A stretch of 51,594 nucleotides of DNA, from the IMG/VR virus record IMGVR_UViG_3300048834_000016, positions 1-51,594 of that record; one strand, 5' to 3'. The translations under genes and the position numbers were made by a program. The notes under the pieces are model-generated. The model made no database searches, had not been told where the DNA came from, and was given only the letters and a program-made list of their open reading frames with translations. This document shows positions 10,234-18,341 of this stretch, one piece after another (the stretch's first letter is position 1; every line of letters starts with the position of its first letter). The stretch is from a virus (lineage: Duplodnaviria > Caudoviricetes).

Positions 10234-10302
10234 CTTATTACTATTGCTGAATGATAATGAGAATTGGTTGCAATACCCCCTCTCAATGATTTTCATTTAG
10301 TC

Positions 10303-10343
10303 TGTGCATATCCTGTGCATATCTTATCCACAACTTATCAACC
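10303..10343. promoter_or_regulatory. Cluster of DnaA-box-like 9-mers
   Basis: Perfect TTATCCACA at 10324; inverted TGTGCATAT at 10303 and 10314; TTATCAACC at 10335. Confidence 0.55.
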
Positions 10344-10549
10344 AACACTGGTTACAAACCCGCATGGATGCTAGCGATTGTCTCTAGACGCCTTCGGCAT
10401 TACATATATATGCGAGTGACAACGAGCGCATGCGAAGCATCCTATAAACACTGTATGTAATTGCATATATACATGGTGCGGCATAGCATGCTATATTCTC
10501 CCTTGTGTTGGATGTCGTGTTGCTTATATGCAACACATGAATTTGGGGG

Positions 10550-10578
10550 TTGACAATCCTTTTGTTCTATGCTCTAAT
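10550..10578 (+). promoter_or_regulatory. Sigma70 early promoter P1
   Basis: TTGACA-17 bp-TCTAAT with TGn extension. Confidence 0.65.
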
Positions 10579-10613
10579 ACATTCATGCATCGGGTCATCG
10601 TGCCTTGTGCATA

Positions 10614-10627
10614 GGCTCTTTAACAAT
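10614..10627 (+). promoter_or_regulatory. boxA (Nus antitermination) element
   Basis: GGCTCTTTAACAAT matches rrn boxA (GYTCTTTAANA); about 30 nt after the expected P1 start and preceded by a hairpin. Confidence 0.7.
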
Positions 10628-10727
10628 GTAGCGTGTGTGTCTAGCGTTGCTTACGTCGTGCGGTGCGGTTACCCGGTAAGGCTGACAATGCACAAGCTCT
10701 AGCCCTTGAATGTGGCATCAATAGAGC

Positions 10728-10757
10728 TTGACAGTGACAACAAATACACGCTACATT
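10728..10757 (+). promoter_or_regulatory. Possible sigma70 promoter P2
   Basis: TTGACA-18 bp-TACATT. Confidence 0.4.
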
Positions 10758-11206
10758 AGAGCCATTCGTTAGCTATACATCGTGATAGCTGACAGGGCAT
10801 ACATGTTATGCCGCCCTTTAACAATTAGACTGTGTGAATAGGTGCAACAATTGATTGCCCTATTCCGTTACACCCTACCTTATGCGAAAACCGCAGGGAT
10901 ATGCACGTACATAGGATGCTATGCGTGTGTGTCTTGTGCCTGAGTATGCGGACAGGACGGGTTATAGAATGGAATAGATCAACAATCAATACATGGCCTA
11001 TGGAAATCCGCTAGATATTCTCGAACCGGTGATTAATTACAGCACAGTCTTATTTGTTCGTTAACAATTCATCATTCTGAAAATCATCTAGTCCAATGGG
11101 CCTCGATTAATAGATGATAGCATCACCCGCTAATACATTCCCTAGCATCCTATAATGTATTATGGCGTTAGCTATTGTCCTTTGATTGATTCACCGGCGG
11201 GGATGG

Positions 11207-11235
11207 TTGACAGAATGGTTTTCTTAGTGCATAAT
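11207..11235 (+). promoter_or_regulatory. Sigma70 early promoter P3
   Basis: TTGACA-17 bp-CATAAT upstream of the first early ORF. Confidence 0.6.
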
Positions 11236-11277
11236 TTAACCATGTTCTAAGCAAACTGTTCTGAAAAGGAAATTAAA

Positions 11278-11406
11278 ATGGAATACTACTTCTTCAACGA
11301 TGATGCACCAGAATACAATCAACGTATGGATAACATTCGCAATTCATACATAGGATGGATTGACGGTGCATTAGTTTGTACACTTGAATTGTTGCCAAAG
11401 GAATAA
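11278..11406 (+). CDS. Small early protein (42 aa)
   Basis: AAGGA RBS; MEYYFFNDDAPEYNQRMDNIRNSYIGWIDGALVCTLELLPKE; below the ORF-track cutoff. Confidence 0.6.
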   Translation: MEYYFFNDDAPEYNQRMDNIRNSYIGWIDGALVCTLELLPKE

Positions 11407-11488
11407 CTCACAACAAATGGTTCTATAATAAGAGCCATTGATTGTGCGCTATTGCACAGCTATGCCTTATTAGGTAAAGGAGAATATC

Positions 11489-12052
11489 ATGGCGTTTGAT
11501 AAAAATGTATTTGAAGGTAAGTTTAAGGTCAGCATGGGCAAGCTGGCACAAGGGGAAAAGACTGTTCGTGAGGAATTGAATTGGGCTAGTCGTGCTGTGC
11601 TGGAAGCCCTGCATTCCACGGAGAATATCGGTTATGTCAATCAATTGATTGGTGTTCTTACGCCTGTCAATCGTAAGGCTGCCATTGTTTTCTTCAAGCA
11701 TTTTGGTGGCTTCCATTATGACGATGCCACTGCCATGTTCACAAAGAAAAGCAAAAAGCGTTACGATCAAGCGCATCGAGATGCTATTGCATTCTTGCAA
11801 GACCCGAATAACAATATGTTTAGCTGGGCACAGCGTCATATTGAAATTGAGCAAAAACCTTTTGATCCGACATCATTCAAACGTGGTTTTAAGAACTACA
11901 TTGCGAAGCATTTGCAACAAGCGAAAGATAATGGCCTTGACCAGAAGGAATTGCTTGCCATTATGTTCGAAGCCGGTGTTGAAGTTGATGCCATTGTGGA
12001 TGTTATGGCTAAGGCAGGCATGGTTGATGTGAAGGAAGCCGAACAAGAATAA
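11489..12052 (+). CDS. Early hypothetical protein
   Basis: 187 aa, AAGGAG RBS. Confidence 0.8.
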   Translation: MAFDKNVFEGKFKVSMGKLAQGEKTVREELNWASRAVLEALHSTENIGYVNQLIGVLTPVNRKAAIVFFKHFGGFHYDDATAMFTKKSKKRYDQAHRDAIAFLQDPNNNMFSWAQRHIEIEQKPFDPTSFKRGFKNYIAKHLQQAKDNGLDQKELLAIMFEAGVEVDAIVDVMAKAGMVDVKEAEQE

Positions 12053-12120
12053 GCGACAGTTTCGCATATACATTGTAAACAGTGTATATGCTAGGCGATG
12101 TTGCCTACTGGAGAATTAAC

Positions 12121-12324
12121 ATGCAAACTCATACCATCGTGCGTCCTGTTGCTAACGCCCTTATCAATGCCTTTGTGGCTTATGGGAAGAATGATACGCC
12201 AATCACCAATGCCATTGATAAGGCGTGGCATGCTGGCCAGCACAAGGCCAAGCGTAATAATTGGAATGCTAGTTTGTCCTTCAAGACTGCCCAAAAGTTG
12301 AAGGCTCAAGGTATTCTAGTGTAA
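12121..12324 (+). CDS. Early hypothetical protein
   Basis: GGAG RBS before ATG at 12121 (MQTHTIVRP...). Confidence 0.7.
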   Translation: MQTHTIVRPVANALINAFVAYGKNDTPITNAIDKAWHAGQHKAKRNNWNASLSFKTAQKLKAQGILV

Positions 12325-12349
12325 CGTATACACATTTTAAATAAATAAT

Positions 12350-12381
12350 AGCCCCTAGATGTAAAAGTCTAGGGGCTTTTA
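12350..12381 (+). terminator. Rho-independent terminator ending the early unit
   Basis: AGCCCCTAGA/TCTAGGGGCT stem followed by TTT. Confidence 0.8.
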
Positions 12382-12411
12382 CTCGTCTTCACTTTTTCAC
12401 ATAGGTACTAT

Positions 12412-12600
12412 ATGCGTCACAGCTCCATTGTTGTTCTCGATAATTCCATACGCAATTGTTGGTATGGTCAAGGGGAATTTGGTCTAAGTGCTGGATTACA
12501 GGCTAGTGCAAATATGAAAAAGAAACGTGATAGCTCAGACAAGGTGAAGTGGCAGGCTGGAGTTGTTTCCAAGATGTCTATCCCTAGTTCTTTATTCTGA
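12412..12600 (+). CDS. Hypothetical protein
   Basis: 62-aa ORF with AGGT RBS. Confidence 0.4.
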   Translation: MRHSSIVVLDNSIRNCWYGQGEFGLSAGLQASANMKKKRDSSDKVKWQAGVVSKMSIPSSLF

Positions 12601-12743
12601 TAAGGGAGAGTATATTATAGAATAATATAATATATCGAAACCTACGTTCCTCTCTCACATTCGTTCGTTCGTCTCTCCGCCGTTTCTATACTTACGTAGA
12701 GAACTAACCCGAAATTCACTCACTTTTAGCCAAAAGAATTCAA

Positions 12744-13910
12744 ATGATTGCACTCACAATAGAGAATCGTAAAGTTGGAATGAAAGTTGTTATCAATCCT
12801 GAAAAGATAGAACATTATATAGAAAGATTTACTGAAGGTAAGCTATATATTATTGAAAACTTTAATGGACAATGTATCTATATTCGTGACGATAATAATG
12901 ATCTACGAGTAATGTATACGTATCGTTTTTATATCTATGAGGAACCTGTTGAAATGATTAAGGTAAATGATTACGTTAAGCGTAAAGATGGTGTTGAAGG
13001 AGTTGTTATCAACATCTATCCCTCTGGTTTGATTCGTCTTAGCACGAAGAAGGGTACGTATAAGAAGGATGGATTCATTAAGACTGTTCCTCCTGTTGAT
13101 GTACCTGTAGTTGATTATGCTTTACTTGATAAACTTGCAATTGGCAGTGGACAAGGTGTTTGTTCTTACGTTGTTGTTGGCAAGGATGATGTTAAGTATT
13201 TTGCACGTAATCAAGCATGTGCTTCTTCCCTCGGAGCGTATGGTGTTATTACTAAAAATAAGATTAAAACTATTGGGTTTAATATCTCTAGATATCTAGA
13301 CCGTGTAGGGGATTACAAAAAGGAATTTAATTCATTCCTCAAATATGTTGTATTTGAAAGCCCTTGGTCTAAGTATTACGTGAAGGATACTATTGAGAAT
13401 ATTCTTAAAAAGGGAATCTTTCTGGATGTAAACCATCCTCACAGCCATGTTGTAGCTGCGCATATTGCACTACGTATCGGATATGAGCACAGCAGCAGTC
13501 GTCTGAAAGTATTTCAAGAAGCTATTGATCAAGGATTTTCCGGTCATGTGGCTTTCATTGTCTCTCAGTCCACTTACCTAAATCCTGATAATGTCCTGAA
13601 GGCATTGGATAACAACGGTTGGCACCATTGCATGAGCAGTCAACACTCTGTTAATGATATTGTCTCCTTTTTCAAGAATGGTTACAAGGAGAGCGAGGAA
13701 CCTCATACTTCTGAAGGTCTTAAACGATATTCAATTCAAGAGAGTATTGGAGTGCAAGAGGGTAATGAAGAAAGTGTATTTAATCTTCTGAATTCTGATG
13801 TTATTAACTCTTATATACCTGGTGCATTTGGACAGAAACCTAAGATTATCAAGGGTTCATTTGAAGTGGCAGTAGCTAAGGCGTGTACGCTTATTGCCTC
13901 TAAGTTCTAA
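12744..13910 (+). CDS. Hypothetical protein
   Basis: 388-aa ORF heading the amidoligase cluster. Confidence 0.75.
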   Translation: MIALTIENRKVGMKVVINPEKIEHYIERFTEGKLYIIENFNGQCIYIRDDNNDLRVMYTYRFYIYEEPVEMIKVNDYVKRKDGVEGVVINIYPSGLIRLSTKKGTYKKDGFIKTVPPVDVPVVDYALLDKLAIGSGQGVCSYVVVGKDDVKYFARNQACASSLGAYGVITKNKIKTIGFNISRYLDRVGDYKKEFNSFLKYVVFESPWSKYYVKDTIENILKKGIFLDVNHPHSHVVAAHIALRIGYEHSSSRLKVFQEAIDQGFSGHVAFIVSQSTYLNPDNVLKALDNNGWHHCMSSQHSVNDIVSFFKNGYKESEEPHTSEGLKRYSIQESIGVQEGNEESVFNLLNSDVINSYIPGAFGQKPKIIKGSFEVAVAKACTLIASKF

Positions 13911-13916
13911 ACAATA

Positions 13917-14001
13917 GCGAGAGTGGTGGAATTGGCAGACACACCAGATTTAAAATCTGACGACGTAAGTTGTACGGGTTCGACTCCCGTCTCTCGCACC
14001 A
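13917..14001 (+). tRNA. trnL: tRNA-Leu(TAA)
   Basis: GCGAGAG/CTCTCGC acceptor stem, anticodon loop TT-TAA-AA, long variable arm, GTTCGA, CCA. Confidence 0.92.
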
Positions 14002-14032
14002 ATTCATTAACAGTAAGAAAGAAAGAGCTATC

Positions 14033-14668
14033 ATGTCTAAGAAATGTTACATCGTTGGCGGTGGTTTTGGTGATTACGAACGTTTGTTCCAGGAGCTTGG
14101 ATTTACCATTGAACCTAGCGTACTTAATGATAAGCTGGAACCAGTTGATTTGATTGTGTTCACTGGTGGTGAAGATGTAACTCCTAGCTTGTACGGTGCT
14201 AAGGATCACCCAACGACATTCAATAATATCCGCCGTGATGCTATTGAACAGCAAATCTTCACTAATGCCGTGTTTAACAACATCCCTATGGTGGGTATCT
14301 GTCGTGGAGGGCAGTTCCTTAATGTTATGTCTGGAGGGGCTATGTATCAGCATGTCCAAGGACATACACACTCCCATTCAATTACAGACGCTACAACAGG
14401 CGAAGTGGTGTACGTGTCATCTACCCATCACCAAATGATGAAACCCTCCTCTAAGGGCGTTCTGGTGGCTTCTAGCACCATTGGAGGGGAACGTGAATGG
14501 TTTGAAGGTGATGTATTCATGCGTGATGTGTCTAATCAGGACATTGAAGTGGTGTATTACGAAGAAACTAAGTGTCTCTGCTTCCAGCCTCATCCAGAAT
14601 TCTATGGAGCTGAATATGAGGGTATGAAGATGTATTTCAAATCTCTGTTGGAGCGTTTCTTCGGATAA
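14033..14668 (+). CDS. Class I glutamine amidotransferase (peptidase C26-like)
   Basis: FTGGEDV, GICRG nucleophile elbow, HHQ and HPE motifs. Confidence 0.88.
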   Translation: MSKKCYIVGGGFGDYERLFQELGFTIEPSVLNDKLEPVDLIVFTGGEDVTPSLYGAKDHPTTFNNIRRDAIEQQIFTNAVFNNIPMVGICRGGQFLNVMSGGAMYQHVQGHTHSHSITDATTGEVVYVSSTHHQMMKPSSKGVLVASSTIGGEREWFEGDVFMRDVSNQDIEVVYYEETKCLCFQPHPEFYGAEYEGMKMYFKSLLERFFG

Positions 14669-14677
14669 ATTATAATT

Positions 14678-14752
14678 AGGACGTTAGCTCAACGGTAGAG
14701 CAGAGAACTCATAATTCTTTGGTTAGGGGTTCGATTCCCTTACGTCCTACCA
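14678..14752 (+). tRNA. tRNA with CAT anticodon (probably Ile2; elongator Met possible)
   Basis: AGGACGT/ACGTCCT acceptor stem, loop CT-CAT-AA, CCA; lacks initiator features. Confidence 0.88.
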
Positions 14753-15092
14753 ATTCATTGTGTATTTCTTTATGACAATTTGAACATAATAATACACATT
14801 TATCTAACTCTTCTGTAATAGAGTTCCAAGACCTTAATCTTAATTTCCTCCAATCGAAATCCTTACCTTCAGGATTAACATGATGAAATTCTAAGGCTCC
14901 ATAATATTTATTGTATCCGCAAGATATGCAACAACCTCCTTTATATTGTATGGCTTCTAATTTACGATTTTTCCATCTATCAATCTGATACTGTAACAAG
15001 CATTTTTTACAATAAGATTGGTAACGGTTTTCTGATTTTCTAAAATAAAAATCAGATTTATCTTTATCTTCTTTACAATTACTACATTTCAT
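14709..15092 (-). CDS. Free-standing HNH endonuclease
   Basis: CxxC zinc motifs, LEFHH...LCSNCHKEIH; lies antisense between two tRNAs. Confidence 0.8.
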   Translation of the reverse strand: MKCSNCKEDKDKSDFYFRKSENRYQSYCKKCLLQYQIDRWKNRKLEAIQYKGGCCISCGYNKYYGALEFHHVNPEGKDFDWRKLRLRSWNSITEELDKCVLLCSNCHKEIHNELVGRKGIEPLTKEL

Positions 15093-15167
15093 ATGGGTGT
15101 CGTATAATGGAAAATACATCGATCTTCTAAATCGAGAATCTAGGTTCAATTCCTAGCATCCATACCA
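15093..15167 (+). tRNA. trnR: tRNA-Arg(TCT)
   Basis: ATGGGTG/CATCCAT acceptor stem, TCGAT-CT-TCT-AA-ATCGA arm, GTTCAA, CCA. Confidence 0.88.
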
Positions 15168-15260
15168 TTAACTCCTATAATTTATAGGATTAACCAAAAC
15201 ATTCTAAACAATACAGTACAACTGGTGAAATTACCAGGTACGGATAATGGAGATTTTATT

Positions 15261-16556
15261 ATTTGTGGAATCGTAGGTGTAGCTGGTAAAATTACCATTA
15301 AAGAAGAACGTGTCCTTAAAACTCTTCTTATTCTTGATACTCTGAGGGGTATTGACAGTACAGGCGTTGCTGTTGTGCCACGTATCGGAAATGTTAAAGT
15401 GACAAAGGAACTAGGTAACGCTTATAGTCTCCTAGATACCAAGTCATATGATAAAGTAATGATGGGGGCACACAGAGCTATCATAGGTCATAATCGTTTT
15501 GCAACACAAGGTAGTGTCTCTAAACGTAATGCTCACCCTTTTGATTTTGACGGTATTGTTGGAGTGCATAATGGGACATTGAAGAACAAATATAAGCTGC
15601 TTGATTCTAAAGATTTTGATGTAGATAGTGAAAACCTGTATCACCACATCAATCAAAAGGGATTACGTGATGCAATTAATGTTATCAGCGGTGCTTGGGC
15701 TCTAGTGTGGTGGGATAAATTTGAAGAGAGTATTAATTTCCTCCGTAACGAAGAACGTCCACTATATCTCACTCGTAGTGTAGGTGGAGAAACGTTGTTC
15801 TGGGCTTCTGAACTGTGGATGCTTCAAGTAGCGTGTTCACGAGAAGATATTAATATTGAACAACCTGTCATCCTTCAAACAGATATGCATCACAGCATCC
15901 GTATTGATGATACGGGTAAAATGGATAAGGTGGTAGTGACTCCGATGGAAGCAAAAAAGCTCCCGGAAATCACGAACCACCCTTTTTATCAGAATGGGAC
16001 CTATGGTAATCACCATAAGCGTAATGTTCTTCAACTTCCTAATAAGGATTCATCAAAAAACAACGGGGTGGTTCCCGAAACAGCCTTCAAAGTAAAACAC
16101 TTGAAAGTTGGTTACGAAAACTCAAAGAACGCTTCGCTTGAAGTGAAGGGTTATGGTACTGACTCTTTCGGAGCTACATATTATATCTGTGAAGACATTG
16201 AGAATGTCAATCTAGATGTACGTTTGTATTACAATTCTCGTGGAAATAGTAAAGAGAATGTAGGAACTAAAATCACATGTGATATTGGTGAACTCAAAAT
16301 ATCTGTAAAAGATGGTAGTTATTACAAAGTTGTAGCTTCCTCCGTAAAAGTTATTGAAGATAAACCGGCTAAACACACCTATCGTACTAGTCGTGGTGGG
16401 GATGTAGATTATAATACATGGATGGGGATTCACGGTACGTGTGACTGTTGTGGTGGTAATGTATTTCCATCTGAACAATACAAGTTTACGAAGGATCATG
16501 GGATTATTTGTGAATCTTGTGCTGAAGATAAAGAACTTGTAAGTATGTTTTGTTAA
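15261..16556 (+). CDS. Class II (Ntn) glutamine amidotransferase domain protein
   Basis: CGIVG, RGIDSTG, GHNRFATQG, HPF, HNG and DSE motifs; proposed ATT start at 15261 after GGAG (ORF track uses GTG 15225). Confidence 0.88.
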   Translation: MCGIVGVAGKITIKEERVLKTLLILDTLRGIDSTGVAVVPRIGNVKVTKELGNAYSLLDTKSYDKVMMGAHRAIIGHNRFATQGSVSKRNAHPFDFDGIVGVHNGTLKNKYKLLDSKDFDVDSENLYHHINQKGLRDAINVISGAWALVWWDKFEESINFLRNEERPLYLTRSVGGETLFWASELWMLQVACSREDINIEQPVILQTDMHHSIRIDDTGKMDKVVVTPMEAKKLPEITNHPFYQNGTYGNHHKRNVLQLPNKDSSKNNGVVPETAFKVKHLKVGYENSKNASLEVKGYGTDSFGATYYICEDIENVNLDVRLYYNSRGNSKENVGTKITCDIGELKISVKDGSYYKVVASSVKVIEDKPAKHTYRTSRGGDVDYNTWMGIHGTCDCCGGNVFPSEQYKFTKDHGIICESCAEDKELVSMFC

Positions 16557-16566
16557 TGGAAGGTAT

Positions 16567-16908
16567 ATGAAATACTCTATTCAAGATATGAAAGAAGAAT
16601 TTGACGTGGAAGAAATTCCAGGTTGGTGTGCTTCTTCTAAGGTATCGGGCGTGTCAGATAAGCATGTTCCATACCTCTCTTATAGAACTTTTATGGCTTT
16701 TCTTCAGGAGAGGGACAAGGACGCATCTGTATTTACAATCTCAGTTAATGAGAAAGAAGTAGCTCTTATCGAATTTCTTACTAAAAATAAGTGGATTCAA
16801 GGGCCGTGGTTTAGAAATTGGGGCCATAAAGGTCGTAAGACTTGTATGTTTTTTAAACAAGTTTCTAAGGCTAGTTTCATCAAGGCCGGTGGTCGGCCAT
16901 TCGATTAA
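16567..16908 (+). CDS. Hypothetical protein
   Basis: 113-aa ORF with RBS, in operon. Confidence 0.7.
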   Translation: MKYSIQDMKEEFDVEEIPGWCASSKVSGVSDKHVPYLSYRTFMAFLQERDKDASVFTISVNEKEVALIEFLTKNKWIQGPWFRNWGHKGRKTCMFFKQVSKASFIKAGGRPFD

Positions 16909-16930
16909 TCATTTATATTAGGAGAATATC

Positions 16931-17722
16931 ATGGAATTTCTTATCGGTTGTGATCCCGAAGTGTTTGTTAAGCGTAATGGTGTATTTAAATCTGCTCATG
17001 GTTTGATTAAGGGGGATAAGAAGAATCCTCAGAAGGTTAATAAGGGAGCTGTCCAAGTGGACGGCATGGCGTTGGAATTCAATATTGATCCTGCTGCTAG
17101 TGAGGATGAATTCTGTATCAATGTTCAGGAAGTGTACAGTATTCTGTGTAAGATGGTACCTGAATATGAAGTTGTGGCTACTCCTGTAGCTCATTTTGAT
17201 CTTTCCTATCTAAAGGAGCAACCGAAGGAAGCTCTTGAGCTTGGTTGTGATCCCGATTTTAACGCATGGAATGGCAGGGCTAACGATCGTCCTGATGGTG
17301 ATCGTCCCATGCGTACTGCCTCTGGTCATGTGCATATTGGTTGGGCTGATAAGCACGATATTAATGATCCAACACATCAAGCTATGGGTAAGGAAGCTGC
17401 CAAGCAAATGGATTTCTTCTTGGGACTCCCTAGTTTGATGTATGATGATGACAAGGAGCGTCGTGAAATGTATGGTAAGGCTGGTGCCTGCCGATTCAAA
17501 CCTTATGGTGTTGAATATCGCACACTATCTAATGCATGGCTAAAGAGTGAGAAACTTATGCGTTGGGTTTTCCGTAATGCACAAGTAGGTATGCATAAGC
17601 TGGCTAATGGTGAAAATCTCGCTAGTAAATACGGAGATATTCAAGCTATCATTAATACTTCTGATAAGAAGGAAGCTATGAAGATTATCAACAAAGAAGG
17701 AATTGAGATTTGCTATGGCTGA
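16931..17722 (+). CDS. phiEco32-like COOH.NH2 ligase type 2
   Basis: IGCDPEVF, LEFNI, GCDPDFN, GHVHIG and KPYGVEYRTLSN motifs. Confidence 0.85.
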   Translation: MEFLIGCDPEVFVKRNGVFKSAHGLIKGDKKNPQKVNKGAVQVDGMALEFNIDPAASEDEFCINVQEVYSILCKMVPEYEVVATPVAHFDLSYLKEQPKEALELGCDPDFNAWNGRANDRPDGDRPMRTASGHVHIGWADKHDINDPTHQAMGKEAAKQMDFFLGLPSLMYDDDKERREMYGKAGACRFKPYGVEYRTLSNAWLKSEKLMRWVFRNAQVGMHKLANGENLASKYGDIQAIINTSDKKEAMKIINKEGIEICYG

Positions 17723-18341
17723 AATGAACGAACGTGACATTCAACGTGACATTGTTGGTACGTTGATGAATGTTAAAGACACCCTAGGATTTATTCGTTC
17801 TGTACAAGATCTAGAGGAAGACGGTATTGCTGTACGTTATCTCGATGTAAAGGATAATAATATCAAGGGCTGTAAGTTTTCCTTAGACACTATTAAACCC
17901 ATCAATGGACGTATCGGAATGATTAACGATGGTAATGGGGGCGTGTATTACACTATCCGTAACCCTAGTCGTAAGATGATTATCGGGATGAACTGGAGTA
18001 ATTCCAGTCTTATCACAGTGACACGTTCTAATTCTGAATATGATTTTGAGGATGTTCGTAACTTCCGTAATAAAGGATGGATTGATGCGTTTAATAACTC
18101 ATATCCTACCCTTTCTAAAGCCTTAGCACTTGCTAAGAAGTATGAAAGCGGCTGTGCATTTGATAAGCAGTTTGCTGTTGACTGTGAAGGGCATATTTAT
18201 TACAAGGCGGAAGGGATTGTTGGCGTTCTTAGTGGTAAATATAAAACAGTAAAGAACATCTCTTGGCTCCCTGGTAAAGAACACCTAGCAATTATTTTGG
18301 AAAATGATTATGAAAAAACTGTACGAACTTTTCAACCTTAA
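17715..18341 (+). CDS. Hypothetical protein
   Basis: ORF overlapping both neighbours in the operon. Confidence 0.7.
   Translation: MAEMNERDIQRDIVGTLMNVKDTLGFIRSVQDLEEDGIAVRYLDVKDNNIKGCKFSLDTIKPINGRIGMINDGNGGVYYTIRNPSRKMIIGMNWSNSSLITVTRSNSEYDFEDVRNFRNKGWIDAFNNSYPTLSKALALAKKYESGCAFDKQFAVDCEGHIYYKAEGIVGVLSGKYKTVKNISWLPGKEHLAIILENDYEKTVRTFQP

Larger units (their letters stand above)
10585..11270 (+). ncRNA. Candidate structured ncRNA / long untranslated leader with three boxA motifs
   Basis: No ORF of 60 aa or more; boxA-like motifs at 10614, 10812 and 11055; long closing stems 10625-10638/10744-10757 and 10820-10834/11043-11058; nested hairpins. Confidence 0.5.

Noticed and set aside
9906-10286. 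ORFs 9906-10286 (-) and 10030-10254 (+)
   Set aside because: Low-complexity translations produced by the 12-bp repeat arrays; no convincing RBS
10890-11010. CsrA/RsmA sponge RNA (about six GGA motifs)
   Set aside because: Most GGA motifs fall in predicted stems, not hairpin loops, and spacing is irregular
10585-11270. Known ribozyme, tRNA or tmRNA in the leader
   Set aside because: No hammerhead CUGAUGA/GAAA core, T-loop or CCA acceptor stem could be found by eye
14678-14752. CAT tRNA as an initiator explaining the ATA/ATT starts
   Set aside because: It has a paired A1-U72 and lacks the three G-C pairs of an initiator anticodon stem
13998-14759. Identical ACCAATTCATT at the 3' ends of two tRNAs as att sites of a GATase cassette
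   Set aside because: Only 11 bp, four of them the discriminator plus CCA end, and no integrase is present
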